From contig DASSIM010000025.1 in the NCBI GenBank assembly GCA_035691865.1, positions 661 through 64,660 of the forward strand: a stretch of DNA of 64,000 nucleotides, given 5' to 3'. Positions within the stretch are counted from its first letter, which is position 1, and each line of letters starts with the position of its first letter. Shown one piece after another: positions 9,990 through 20,181 of this stretch. The translations under genes were made by a program, and so were the position numbers. Origin of the DNA: Candidatus Nitrosopolaris sp. (GTDB lineage: Archaea > Thermoproteota > Nitrososphaeria > Nitrososphaerales > Nitrososphaeraceae). The notes under the pieces were generated by a model. That model was not told the origin of the DNA. It was given only the letters and a program-made list of their open reading frames with translations, and did no database searches.

Positions 9990-10461
9990 CAGATACCTCT
10001 TTATTTTTCTTTTCTATCCTGGTCCCCCTATGCTTGTACTCAAGCGTCTTATCTTCCCGAACATACGTTTATACCTTCATTTTATTTCCCTCTATTTGTA
10101 ATTCTTAGAGAGTGTTACCGTTTATTGGTACACCGATATTCTAATCACATCGTACCAAAATAAGTACGATATATCACGTGTCGTACCATCCCTCTCCTAT
10201 TGTAGCTCTCCTTGTTATAAAACAAGACAATTAGGGCATGTCTCAACACGAGCAAAATGTTAGCGGCTTGCGGCCTCGAAATAAAACCACATCTGACAAC
10301 GAAGCTGAAAGGCGCGCCGGAATTGAACCAACCTTTGACCTAACCTCTTCCACACTACATCAGCTTATTATAGATGGAAGCATATTAACAGGTTCGGACA
10401 CACAGGTTGCACTTGCCAGAAGGGCTCTAATGGATATAGATTGCTAGCCCAAGATTTTTCG

Positions 10462-10769
10462 CTTAATATCATGTTACACAAGCTTTTTCGATTAGCTGAA
10501 GTATACAATGTAGCTATCGTTGTTACAAATCAGGTCCAATCACAGCCAAATAATTTCTTTGGAGATACCTTAGAGCCACAGGCGGCAACATCATGAGTCA
10601 TACCTCAGCATACAGAATTCTTCTTAGAAAAGCTAGACGAGACAGACTAGCAATTATGATCGATTCACAGTGTCATGCATGCGACCAGACCAAATTCACG
10701 ATAATCGAAGGAGGAGTGCAGAATGTCGAGGAAAAGCGCGCCGGTAGGAATACAGAATCAGAATGGTAA
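10462..10769 (+). pseudogene. radA: RadA/RecA-family C-terminal fragment
   Basis: LNIMLHKLFRLAEVYNVAIVVTNQVQSQPNNFFGD / GGNIMSHTSAYRILLRK...MIDS; frameshift between the parts, Walker A absent. Confidence 0.82.
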
Positions 10770-11152
10770 GGAAAATGAGTACCACGAGCAGCGAAAATAA
10801 TAAAGGAATATTGAGAACAAGATCAAGAGACTATGTTGATTCTAGACCACTTCCAGCTGAACCTTCGTGGAAGCAACCAAGACCATAGCTTACACTTTCA
10901 GAAGTAATTCCTAGGAGATATGTAGCCCCGACTGCCAGAATAGTGTATTTGAAAATATCTGAAAGACAAGATGCAAATTGGTATTTTCTGGTGTGCTGGA
11001 AGATCCCACTTTCAAAGGTACCCTTGATAAGGAATTCGGTCGGCTGTGATGTCGAGCTTTTATTCCCCACATTAGTTCACCACAGCGTCCATCATCGCGC
11101 CGGCGCCATCAACCAGATCATTCGTTTTGCATTGTGACCACTATCAAGAATC

Positions 11153-11914
11153 TCATGTGTACTCATCGTGACGCCGGAACCACGGCCCAGTTTCATTTCG
11201 CCCCCTCGGCGCCCGATCAAGCCATTGGTACATTCCCCAGAGTGCGTCAAGGCCGCGCGCGTAGGTTGAATAAGTGTGGTACACGACGCCATCAGAAGAC
11301 GCGAACGCGCTCATACCCGGCGCCTCGCGGGTGTAAGTGGGGATGTCGGTGCCGGTCATGGCCGCGAATTCACGCGGTGCCGAGTCGAGGATTTTTGCTG
11401 AGTCTGAGAGCGCTCCGATCGTGCGGTAGTTGTAGTCGATAAGGCCTGAACGCTGCTGCTCCTCGGTGAACGAGGTGTTAAAATCGTAGTTGAAATCACT
11501 GCTCAGCGATGACGCCCAGGTGAACGTCCAGCCCATGCGGCGCTTGTATGCCTGCAGAGCGGCGATCGGAGCACGCGAGACTGCAATCATCGCGACGTCG
11601 TGGTGTTCGAGGTGCACAGAGAAGCCGTTGAAGCCGTCCGCAATTGCCGAACACGCAGGACAGCCGCCTGTATACTCAGGGCCAAACATGAAGTGATACA
11701 CAAGGAGCTGCGAGCGTCCCTTGAAGAGATCGGCTAGGGATGCTGTGCCCTCGTCGGTCTCGAAACGGTACTCCTTGTCGATTCGAACCCACGGAAGCTT
11801 CTGCCGCCACTGCGCCAATTCATCGGTACGCCGCGTCAGCTCCTTTTCGGCCTTGAGCAGCTCCAGGCGGGCCGCGAGCCACTCTTCACGTGTTCCGATC
11901 TTGTGGTCACTCAT
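11153..11914 (-). CDS. DUF899 family thioredoxin-like protein, high-GC insert
   Basis: IGTREEWLAARLELLKAEKELTR, LPWVRIDKEYRF, SLADLFKGRSQLLVYHFMFGP, CPACS, YHTYSTYARG, WLDRAPRGR; sampled lines are 52-65% GC. Confidence 0.93.
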   Translation of the reverse strand: MSDHKIGTREEWLAARLELLKAEKELTRRTDELAQWRQKLPWVRIDKEYRFETDEGTASLADLFKGRSQLLVYHFMFGPEYTGGCPACSAIADGFNGFSVHLEHHDVAMIAVSRAPIAALQAYKRRMGWTFTWASSLSSDFNYDFNTSFTEEQQRSGLIDYNYRTIGALSDSAKILDSAPREFAAMTGTDIPTYTREAPGMSAFASSDGVVYHTYSTYARGLDALWGMYQWLDRAPRGRNETGPWFRRHDEYT

Positions 11915-12459
11915 TGTTTCTTTCCATCCTGCCTTCTTTTCCACAATCACCGGACTTGTCCGACTTCATCCATCTTGACATCGTGTTGAATATCATTAAA
12001 TGGTTGAGATTGTCCCTTACAGATAACATGTGTTGGCTTCATATTTACAACAAATAAATATTTCCAGAATCGCATCGTGTGGTTATGCAGCGCCAGGTGG
12101 AGCGCCATTAAGGTCACCCATATTGCTCAACCCACCTCAGCCACTCTTATCATTTTTTATGTTGGTCAACTTAACAATTGATTTGTCAAACATTTACGAG
12201 GATTAAGAGCAAAAATAAAGCCTCAGTTCTAAAAATTTCTTGCTAAAATAAATTCATGCTCCTTGTATACTCTTGATTCAACGTGCCAAAGAGTACCCTC
12301 GACGAAAAACGCAATACTGGCATCAGTCAAGTAAAAATCCATGTTCATTATCTTGAATCGATATTGTTGCTCATATCTAATGTCGTCTTTATCCATGGCA
12401 TTCTGCATCGATTTCTCAATTCTAGTGGGAGGTCCGCTCAATCCTAGGCACATTTCAGT

Positions 12460-12834
12460 GCTGTAATATTGTATTCATTGAACAATGCTTCCGATATGCA
12501 TGCACTATTTTGGTTTGAAAGAGACGGTGTGATGCAATTGCTAAAAAAGGAAGCAAAACACGGGATCAAAGTCAGAATTCTCATACAACAACATTCCGCC
12601 ACAAACATTAATAACAATAGTTCCACGTCCAATGAAGAAAAAATTATACAAGATCTGATCAATAATCCACTTATAAAAGTTCAACAACTTGACAAACTCT
12701 TGAATGCCAGATTGATAATCATCGTCGCCGACACGAAATTATGTTTGGCTATAGAAGTCAAGAATGATAGTGATGAGATAACCAGCGAGTCAATAGGATT
12801 GGCTACTCATTCTAATAGTTACGAGGTTGACTAA
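12460..12834 (+). pseudogene. Fragment of PLD-like/TrmB-effector sensor domain (same family as 17840..18886)
   Basis: GVMQLLKKEA..GIKVRILI...IIVADTKLCLAIEVKNDS.E...ESIGLATHSNS matches the C-terminal domain of 17840..18886; cut at 12821 by the 197-bp repeat. Confidence 0.7.
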
Positions 12835-13017
12835 ACTAACTTAGTATGATATTGAGATTCGTAATTGAAAACGACCATAAATATATGATACATACTGTAT
12901 ATTTGACTTATTATCCTAGTTTATGCCTTTTCGTGTCTACATCGTTCAAAAAGTACTTTTTTAGCGCTTTTTACCTCCTATCGCTTAAGGATTTTTTTAA
13001 TAAGTTTTGAATTGCAG
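12821..13017 (+). repeat. 197-bp non-coding direct repeat, copy 1
   Basis: Identical to 15962..16158 except one base (caaaaagtac vs caaaaggtac). Confidence 0.97.
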
Positions 13018-13033
13018 TAAGCATATTAGCAGC

Positions 13034-13474
13034 CTAACGTACTGTGGGCACATTCGGAATACCTGAATTGGTTTGTATTCCTGTGAAATTGTGAACTATA
13101 TGTTTAGTTAAGTTCGGAGTTGTTGTATTTGGAGCATAGCATTGAAATTGGCCTTCTACTTGATTTTGGCCTACTTTAACTGGCTCGCTTGTTGCGCCTT
13201 TCCAATTGGTATACGTTCCGGCAGGGCCGAGAGGTTGTACGGGTTTGTATCCGTGTTGATTTGTTTGAAGTTGAACATTACATTTTGTGTGAGTTGTGTT
13301 AGATGGTGTAGATGTACCAGTTACCGTTAAAAAACTCCCAGCGGGCACCTGTTGACCTTGCTTTGGAGTAAATATTTTTAGATATGCTGCGGATGATGGA
13401 ATTAACGTTGATAGTAATACTATTGTTGTTGTTAAAGTTATTGCGAGCATTAAAATCATTTTTTGTTTTTGCAT
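13034..13474 (-). CDS. Secreted Ig-like beta protein
   Basis: Signal peptide MQKQKMILMLAITL...SSAA; KIFTPKQGQQVPAGS.LTVTGTS; one Cys pair. Confidence 0.78.
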   Translation of the reverse strand: MQKQKMILMLAITLTTTIVLLSTLIPSSAAYLKIFTPKQGQQVPAGSFLTVTGTSTPSNTTHTKCNVQLQTNQHGYKPVQPLGPAGTYTNWKGATSEPVKVGQNQVEGQFQCYAPNTTTPNLTKHIVHNFTGIQTNSGIPNVPTVR

Positions 13475-13707
13475 TATTACTTCATCGACATAGATCACAT
13501 AAATCCTTATCTTCTAATTTCATGGAGAATGAGATGAGATAATGCCTGTAGACTAATACTCTCTTTGAGAGCGTCCTATAAGGGAGTTGGTAGTTGGAAA
13601 TGAACCCGTTCTAGCAATAGGGATAGAAGGTGTGACCGACTTCGCAAAGAAGTGATCAAGTAAAACGGCCCCGGATAACAAAATTCAATTTTTTGTGTTT
13701 TTGACTT

Positions 13708-13992
13708 GTGATAAGCGGGCACAGGCCTATTACAGTTGTCAAGATGCTTGAGACTGCTTTTTTCAACAACGGAGCCAATCTTAGAAAATTAATAGACAAA
13801 TCGCGTCTAACTGAATACCCAGAGAAGATGAAACTGTACCTGTTAAGTTTAGAAAATAGTGGTTTGATAGCATATCGCAAAACAGATGGAGTTTATAGAA
13901 CAACTTACAAGGGAATGCACTTCTTACGAACGTACAATCATACTTTTGATCTACTCAGCAATTTCGAAAAGTCTCAAGAAATGAATGTTTAG
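13708..13992 (+). CDS. Winged helix-turn-helix regulator (HTH_45-like)
   Basis: MLETA...ANLRKLI...LYLLSLENSGLIAY...YRTTYKGMHFL. Confidence 0.8.
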   Translation: MISGHRPITVVKMLETAFFNNGANLRKLIDKSRLTEYPEKMKLYLLSLENSGLIAYRKTDGVYRTTYKGMHFLRTYNHTFDLLSNFEKSQEMNV

Positions 13993-14095
13993 AGAAAAAT
14001 AGAGATTTGAAAAAAACGTGATTGCCACGTTCCACTCCTAACTCAACTATGTTTATTTATCTTCATTATCATTTTCAACCTATTTCAAGTCCATA

Positions 14096-14370
14096 CTAGT
14101 ATTTTTTAAATAAACGAGTGAGATATGCCATCGAGTCTGCAACAGCAAGATATCCTATTATAGTAATAAAACTTGCAATGGTTGAAGCAACAAATGGTTG
14201 ATAATGCAACGTCAGAAGCCAAAAGTGAATAGTGGGTTTTACAGTATTATATTCAATCTCAGTAACTGAAAGGGTCAATGCTAGTTTTATTAGAACCCAC
14301 TTTACTCTTGTAGATCCTAGAACAGAATGTCGAATAACAATCTCTCTTCCAAGTCTGCCGTTAGCATCTT
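14096..14370 (-). pseudogene. Membrane protein C-terminal fragment
   Basis: Open minus frame ...LGREIVIRHSVLGS...LSVTEIEY...HFWLL..HYQPFVASTIASFITIIGYLAVAD with hydrophobic helices; no clear start. Confidence 0.35.
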
Positions 14371-14478
14371 CGAATGATGTATTTCCTCAAATATTTTTGA
14401 TAGAATATTAACACGATCGAGATCTTAACAGATTTTGCGTATGTTGATCATTTAATCATTTAGGAATTCGGTTTAGTT

Positions 14479-14994
14479 TTAGTTCTTGTCGTATGATTGT
14501 CTTATCAATGATACTGCGTATCCTATATCAGCAGATTCCTTCACTATAAATTCGTAATTTCCACTTCCCCAATGACCCACTTGTGAAACATCTCTGGTAA
14601 GATTGGAAGGATCACTTAGTGAATCTTTTTTCATATTTAAGAATAGTGTAATATTCGATTTCCTTATCACGATTTCCACAAAGTTTGTTTTGCGAACAAA
14701 AGCAATATACATCTTCTTTGGTTTTATACTCACAGAGCTTACAGTTTGCTGTAATGCTTCTAACAGTTGGTCTTGACATTGTATATCCGTTCCTTTGCAT
14801 TTCTCGTAAGCATTCCATTTCTGTGTAAGAACCGAGGGTTGTTCTGGAGTTGTATTATTTTCTCTGCTGATCACTCCATGTAATACATTTTGCATAGTGG
14901 TGTTCCACCAAGAGCGCGGTGATGTTGGTTTAGGTACTAATCTACTCGTATTCATACTCAGCAGAATTCCCTGTGATAATCTTATTAATCTCAC
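14479..14994 (-). CDS. DUF5655 domain protein (possibly N-terminally truncated)
   Basis: IKPKKMYIAF..KTNFVEI...LFLNM...L.DP.NLTRDVSQVGHWGSGNYE...DIGYAVSLIRQSY. Confidence 0.8.
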   Translation of the reverse strand: MRLIRLSQGILLSMNTSRLVPKPTSPRSWWNTTMQNVLHGVISRENNTTPEQPSVLTQKWNAYEKCKGTDIQCQDQLLEALQQTVSSVSIKPKKMYIAFVRKTNFVEIVIRKSNITLFLNMKKDSLSDPSNLTRDVSQVGHWGSGNYEFIVKESADIGYAVSLIRQSYDKN

Positions 14995-15295
14995 TTCTGT
15001 TCATGAGTTGTGCCTTCGCGTTTGAAATACCGATTAAAGAAAGCGAGAATATTATAGCATTATTGCTGATCTATCTGGAAAAATTACCCTAATCATTTCA
15101 CGTTGAGTCATTAATGGTGGCTGGAATAACTTATCTATTTTGATAAAAGATTCTCTATAATTATTCGGTATTGAGAGTTAAATCAACATAAAGATTTTCC
15201 AAACTTCTTGCATTTTGCTAACTCTTAACTGTTTGCAGAATTAAAGATCCTACCATTGAATGAACACTAGCCTTCCGTTGACAATGTGGTATAAA

Positions 15296-15760
15296 CTATA
15301 GCTTGGATTTAGACGACCAAAATGTTCCCCCAAATTTTTTCCATCTCTTGTAATCTGATAAAATATGTCTATGGTCAAATCCTAATTTTTCATCATCCAC
15401 TGAATCTATACTTAGCCATTTTATCTCTGCTGCATCATCTTTTGCCACGGCTTTGAGTTCACTATTATTGTTACAAATGGCCTTGGCTATAAACACAGTT
15501 GACACAGTATGTCCTCTAGGATCTCTCTTTGGATCAGAGTAAACACCCAGTATATCTACAAGCTCTATGTCAAGAGAAGTCTCCTCTCTAACTTCACGGA
15601 TTGCTGCATCCTCTACTTTTTCTCTCTCTTCAACGAATCCGCCTGGAGGTTCTAAATGATCCTTAAATGGTTCATACTTTCTTCTGACTAATAAAATTCG
15701 AGAGTTTTCTTCAATGATAATATCGACGGCTGGTATGGGATTTTTGTGCTCTTCATTCAT
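15296..15760 (-). CDS. NUDIX hydrolase (ADP-ribose pyrophosphatase-like)
   Basis: Nudix box GGFVEEREKVEDAAIREVREETSL; YSDPKRDPRGH; LGFDH. Confidence 0.93.
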   Translation of the reverse strand: MNEEHKNPIPAVDIIIEENSRILLVRRKYEPFKDHLEPPGGFVEEREKVEDAAIREVREETSLDIELVDILGVYSDPKRDPRGHTVSTVFIAKAICNNNSELKAVAKDDAAEIKWLSIDSVDDEKLGFDHRHILSDYKRWKKFGGTFWSSKSKL

Positions 15761-15961
15761 AAATATATTAGAGACTATTGAACAAGTTATATTAAATAAG
15801 TTTCAATCCAGATTTCTTATCTTCTGAGAACTGCTTTAAGAAGGTAAGGCTGACGTTGAGCTGGAAACCTGCAGGATTACTTATCTGTATCAGGTTAGCA
15901 AGATATAGATATTGAGTAAACTACCTTACGGTGTTATTTGAGGCCTACTTATCACGAAATG

Positions 15962-16158
15962 ACGAGGTTGACTAAACTAACTTAGTATGATATTGAGATT
16001 CGTAATTGAAAACGACCATAAATATATGATACATACTGTATATTTGACTTATTATCCTAGTTTATGCCTTTTCGTGTCTACATCGTTCAAAAGGTACTTT
16101 TTTAGCGCTTTTTACCTCCTATCGCTTAAGGATTTTTTTAATAAGTTTTGAATTGCAG
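15962..16158 (+). repeat. 197-bp non-coding direct repeat, copy 2
   Basis: Matches 12821..13017; followed by the palindrome CTGCACAA-G-TTGTGCAG (16160-16176). Confidence 0.97.
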
Positions 16159-16743
16159 ACTGCACAAGTTGTGCAGTTGGAAAAAACTACTATCGATGAC
16201 AGAACATATCTGTTCACGTAACACAAATAGCAAATAATTTCCCGGTATATTCCTTGAATATAAGATTCTACTGCATAACTCCAGTAGATATGGTCTATGT
16301 CCATTCTCCTGCTAATGCGTCCGTCCCACATACTGCAATTGCTGCAACGACTCTATCAGCAATCTTTGGATATCCGTGTAATTTCAAATTTTCAGGGGTA
16401 TCAAGCAGTCACGGAATATCGTTTTCCGTCCGACTAGTAGACATTTCAGTTTAGCCCCAAATGTGTACAAGTCGCGATGGGCTCCATGTAATCGCACAAA
16501 ATGCAACTTTTTTTGACTATTGTAGGATTGTCGCTTATATTATGATAAACGTGTTTGTGACTTTATCTCGGTCAACTGATGGTGAGTCGATCATCGTACT
16601 AGTCATCCGCTACATAGCTAAGCATTATACCCATCTTGTCACTTCCTGCGAGTATAGATAAGATTTATATTGCAAAAATACAGAATTTTATACTTTAAAA
16701 GGATAAGAATCAGTATTACTTACTAGCTATTAAAGGAAGGGCG

Positions 16744-17739
16744 ATGTTAGATAAAATCACTAACATGAACTCAATCTTTATCATCATGCCAATGCTGTTA
16801 GTATTAAGCCTAACATTTGCGGCAGTAACAATAAACCATGTCTTGGCGATAGCTACGATTGGTGGTAATAGCAATAATATGACTAGATACATCGATCCAG
16901 AAGGAAGGTTTTCAATTGACTATCCCACTATTTGGACAGGAGTTCATGTCACTAATAGATTTCAGGACATGCTGGAATCCGATCAGCCACCCTACACAGC
17001 TCTTATCGTAGATATGCTGTCCACAAATATTTCAAACCCGGCGGTGATTGCCAATACATACAAGATGGGTTTCTCAATTCCTCAGAATGTGGAATGTGTC
17101 AAGTATCAAGTAGAGGGACAGAAAGCATGTAGTTATATGATCAAAATAACAAAACCTAAGGGTACTAATCTCGAAGGAGAACAGATTTTTTCACATGTTA
17201 ACGATAAGATGTTTATGTTTACAATGGTTTCTGAACAAGGCGACTTTGGCTGCTATCTACCAATATTTCAGAATATGCTGACTTCGTTCAGGAGCCCGCC
17301 CGACACATCTGAGACACCTAATCCTACGCAGGCATCACAGCCGCCACCAGCAATTAGAAATCCACAATTCATTCCACAACCCCCTCTATTTCCGCCCTAT
17401 CAACAACAACAGCCATACTCATTTCCACCGTACCAACAACAGCCTGCTAACAATTATCTGCTACCAAGAATTCTGTCTCAGAGTACATATACCGATAGTA
17501 TAGGGGCCGTCCACATAGTAGGCGAGGTAATAAATCAATCTCCGGTTACTGCTAAATTTGTTCAAATAACAGTAACATTTTACAATGCACATAATCAAGT
17601 CATTGGAACTGATTTTACATATACACACCCTTCTGACCTAGCACCAGGTCAAAGAGCACCTTTTGAATTAATCGAACTTAGTGGTGGTATCCCAATGAAC
17701 CAAGTACGCAACTATGCTCTAACTGTTGATGCATCGTAA
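16744..17739 (+). CDS. Secreted protein: PsbP-like domain, P/Q-rich linker, FxLYD-like C-terminal domain
   Basis: N-terminal TM; YIDPEGRFSIDYPTIW...FQNMLTSFR; PPYQQQQP duplicated; HIVGEVINQS...TVTFYNA.NQVIGT...LAPGQRAPFEL. Confidence 0.8.
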   Translation: MLDKITNMNSIFIIMPMLLVLSLTFAAVTINHVLAIATIGGNSNNMTRYIDPEGRFSIDYPTIWTGVHVTNRFQDMLESDQPPYTALIVDMLSTNISNPAVIANTYKMGFSIPQNVECVKYQVEGQKACSYMIKITKPKGTNLEGEQIFSHVNDKMFMFTMVSEQGDFGCYLPIFQNMLTSFRSPPDTSETPNPTQASQPPPAIRNPQFIPQPPLFPPYQQQQPYSFPPYQQQPANNYLLPRILSQSTYTDSIGAVHIVGEVINQSPVTAKFVQITVTFYNAHNQVIGTDFTYTHPSDLAPGQRAPFELIELSGGIPMNQVRNYALTVDAS

Positions 17740-17839
17740 GAGCAAATCGGCCAGACACTGGTTACTCTCTTAAGGTGCTCTCTATAAGTGAGGATTTCTT
17801 ATATTTGTATCATGTCGTTATCTTGCGCTGTAGATTCAA

Positions 17840-18886
17840 TTGGAAAAGGAAAATAATACTACTCTTGAGCAGACTAAGGTATTTTATGGTGGCGAAAATG
17901 TGGTAGAGAAAGTATTAAGACTTTTCTCGAATACAAATAGTAGAATTGATGCATGCGTAGATCATACAAGACCTTCGTTGGCCATCGAAACCGAAGGGGC
18001 AAAAGATTCCTTCATTGATGCTAGAAATAGAGGGATAACATCCAGGTTTATCACAGAAGTTACCAATGACAACGTTTCCTATTGCAAAGAGCTGACTAAG
18101 TTAGTTGATGAGCTCCGGCACGTAGATGGAATTAAAGGAAATTTCTATGTTAATGAAACAGAGTACCTTGCTCCAACATCATTTCATGAGAAAGGAAAGC
18201 CTGCGTCAGAACTTATCTACAGTAATATGAAGGAGTTTGTAGAGCATCAGCAGTATGTTTTTGATACTTTGTGGAATAAATCAATCCCTGCGGAAGAAAA
18301 GATAAGGGAATTTGAAGATGGTATCACTCCAGAATTTGTAGGAATGGTTCTAGATCCTTTTGAAGTTCAAAGAGTTGTGGTCAAGCTATTAGAATCAGCT
18401 AAAGAAGAAATACTTATTGTATTTAGTACAGCCAATGCATTACGTCGCCAAGAACGCGTAGGTTCAATTGAATTATTAAAAGAAGCCGCCAGACGTGGCG
18501 TAAAAATTAGGATCTTAACTCCTGAGGACGACAGAATAGCAGAGACCAAACTAAAGTTAGAAAGTCAAAAAATAGATATTAGATATATTGAAGAGTCATC
18601 ACAAATCTCCTTTCTCATTGTGGACAGAAAATCTTCATTGGTTGTTGAGTTGAAGGATGACTCGAAAGAAATTACCTTCGAAGCTATAGGATTCACAACT
18701 CACTCCACCCGAAGGCCAACTGTTATTTCGTATGCTTCAATATTCGATAGCCTATGGAGACAAGCTGGCTTATACCAAGAATCTAAGGATAAACTAAATG
18801 TTGCCGAAGATGAACTGGCTAATATGAAGCAGTATTTGAATGAAGTATTAGAGGAAGTTAGTAGGATAAGAAGCAAGACATTGTGA
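17840..18886 (+). CDS. Soluble sensor-like protein with tandem PLD-like/TrmB-effector domains and no kinase domain
   Basis: ITEVTNDNVSYCKEL...ELRHVDGIKGNFYVNETEY...QQYVFDTLWNKSIPAEEKI, second domain GVKIRIL...IVDRK...FDSLW. From recall, this input region usually precedes His kinases in these archaea. Confidence 0.78.
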   Translation: MEKENNTTLEQTKVFYGGENVVEKVLRLFSNTNSRIDACVDHTRPSLAIETEGAKDSFIDARNRGITSRFITEVTNDNVSYCKELTKLVDELRHVDGIKGNFYVNETEYLAPTSFHEKGKPASELIYSNMKEFVEHQQYVFDTLWNKSIPAEEKIREFEDGITPEFVGMVLDPFEVQRVVVKLLESAKEEILIVFSTANALRRQERVGSIELLKEAARRGVKIRILTPEDDRIAETKLKLESQKIDIRYIEESSQISFLIVDRKSSLVVELKDDSKEITFEAIGFTTHSTRRPTVISYASIFDSLWRQAGLYQESKDKLNVAEDELANMKQYLNEVLEEVSRIRSKTL

Positions 18887-19212
18887 TGAACTCATATCTT
18901 CGTTAGATTATGGAAGGTTCACGAATATAATATTATACCATTTTTAGACTCCTTCGTGACCTTAACACTTGAAAAGATTTCGAGATTTTTATTTCGAATT
19001 TAGTTCTTGAAATAAGAACAAGCCACGAATGCAGCTCAGAAAATCTTAGCTGCATAAAAAGACCCATTAAATCAGTAAGGGTTGTTAGACTAGGCTGAGC
19101 AACTTACTTTAGGTAAGTGCCTACTTCACGAAGCCACGCAGCCGCGTGTAATTTTAACGTGCACGAGTGACGAAAAAGGTTCTTAACCTAATCATAATAT
19201 AATAAAATAAAA

Positions 19213-19890
19213 ATGAGATTTGTGTTAGCAGGGACTTTGACAATTGTAATCGTGAGCCTATTGACTTTGGCAACAAATCACTCAATGGCTCAAACCACTA
19301 ACACTACTCCTGGATTTATTGCCAATCCTTCGAATAGTAACAATACTGACCTTCGGACAACAGATCCAAACTACAACATGTATCAAAATTTGGCCTTAGG
19401 TTTTAGCATAAAGTATCTTAAGAATATGACTATCAATCAAGGGTTTGTAAATAGCACCGCTAATACCCCCGACCATTTTGTGCGTTTTCATTTACCTGTC
19501 GTCTTGCCCTTCAAAGATCATCTAGGTATGATGATAAGTGTAATACCAGAGACTAATTTTCTAGGACAACAATATAATCTTGATCAAGCCGTGACTCATC
19601 TACTTATGGATAGTTATTCAGGGAATGATACTATAGTAGCTAACAAAACTAAAGGCATCTTAAATGGTTTCCCTGCCTATAAAATAGACAGCATTGTAAT
19701 AGTCCCTAAGGCGTTTAAAAATATCACATCGAGTTTAGGATTCGACGGCAAACCGATAACACATCGATATGACACATTATACTTAACCTTTAGAAATGGA
19801 ATTGGCTATTGGATTACGTTCCTTACCTATAGTCCGAATAGATTCAATCCTGTAGAAAAGACAATGATTGATTCGTTCCGATATAATTAA
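19213..19890 (+). CDS. Secreted PsbP-like protein
   Basis: Signal peptide; YQNLALGFSIKY...LNGFPAYKI...MIDSFRY. Confidence 0.75.
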   Translation: MRFVLAGTLTIVIVSLLTLATNHSMAQTTNTTPGFIANPSNSNNTDLRTTDPNYNMYQNLALGFSIKYLKNMTINQGFVNSTANTPDHFVRFHLPVVLPFKDHLGMMISVIPETNFLGQQYNLDQAVTHLLMDSYSGNDTIVANKTKGILNGFPAYKIDSIVIVPKAFKNITSSLGFDGKPITHRYDTLYLTFRNGIGYWITFLTYSPNRFNPVEKTMIDSFRYN

Positions 19891-19947
19891 CATGAGTCTA
19901 TCAATGTAGTTATTTGAAGAATCCTTAAAAGCTCATTAATGAGCTTT

Positions 19948-20181
19948 CTAGCGTCCATAATCATAACTATGGCCGTAAGAAGACAATTCTTGGACTTTCT
20001 TAAAAATCTCTGCAAGTTGGACATGTCCATCCAATGCTATTTTAAGCGCATCCATACTTCCATCTTTGTATCTTTTCATACATTCGTCTATAATTCTTTG
20101 AGTGCCATCGATTGATTGGCGAATGTAAAATGCCCTTTCGTCTAATGTCAAGCCATGACGATTATTATTGCGGCGGCGCAT
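19948..20181 (-). CDS. Hypothetical helical protein
   Basis: 77-aa ORF overlapping the end of 20165..20725 on the same strand. Confidence 0.55.
   Translation of the reverse strand: MRRRNNNRHGLTLDERAFYIRQSIDGTQRIIDECMKRYKDGSMDALKIALDGHVQLAEIFKKVQELSSYGHSYDYGR

Noticed and set aside
10302-10366. tRNA-like sequence on the minus strand (AAGCTGA/TCAGCTT stem, GGTTCAATTCC T-loop-like)
   Set aside because: No anticodon arm or D-stem can be formed, and the T-arm is 7 nt away from the closing stem. At most a decayed fragment.
16160-16450. Minus-strand decayed reading (…GYPKIADRVVAAIAVCGTDALAGEW…)
   Set aside because: Looks like former coding DNA with several stops, but I could not assign a family, so it is not reported as a feature.
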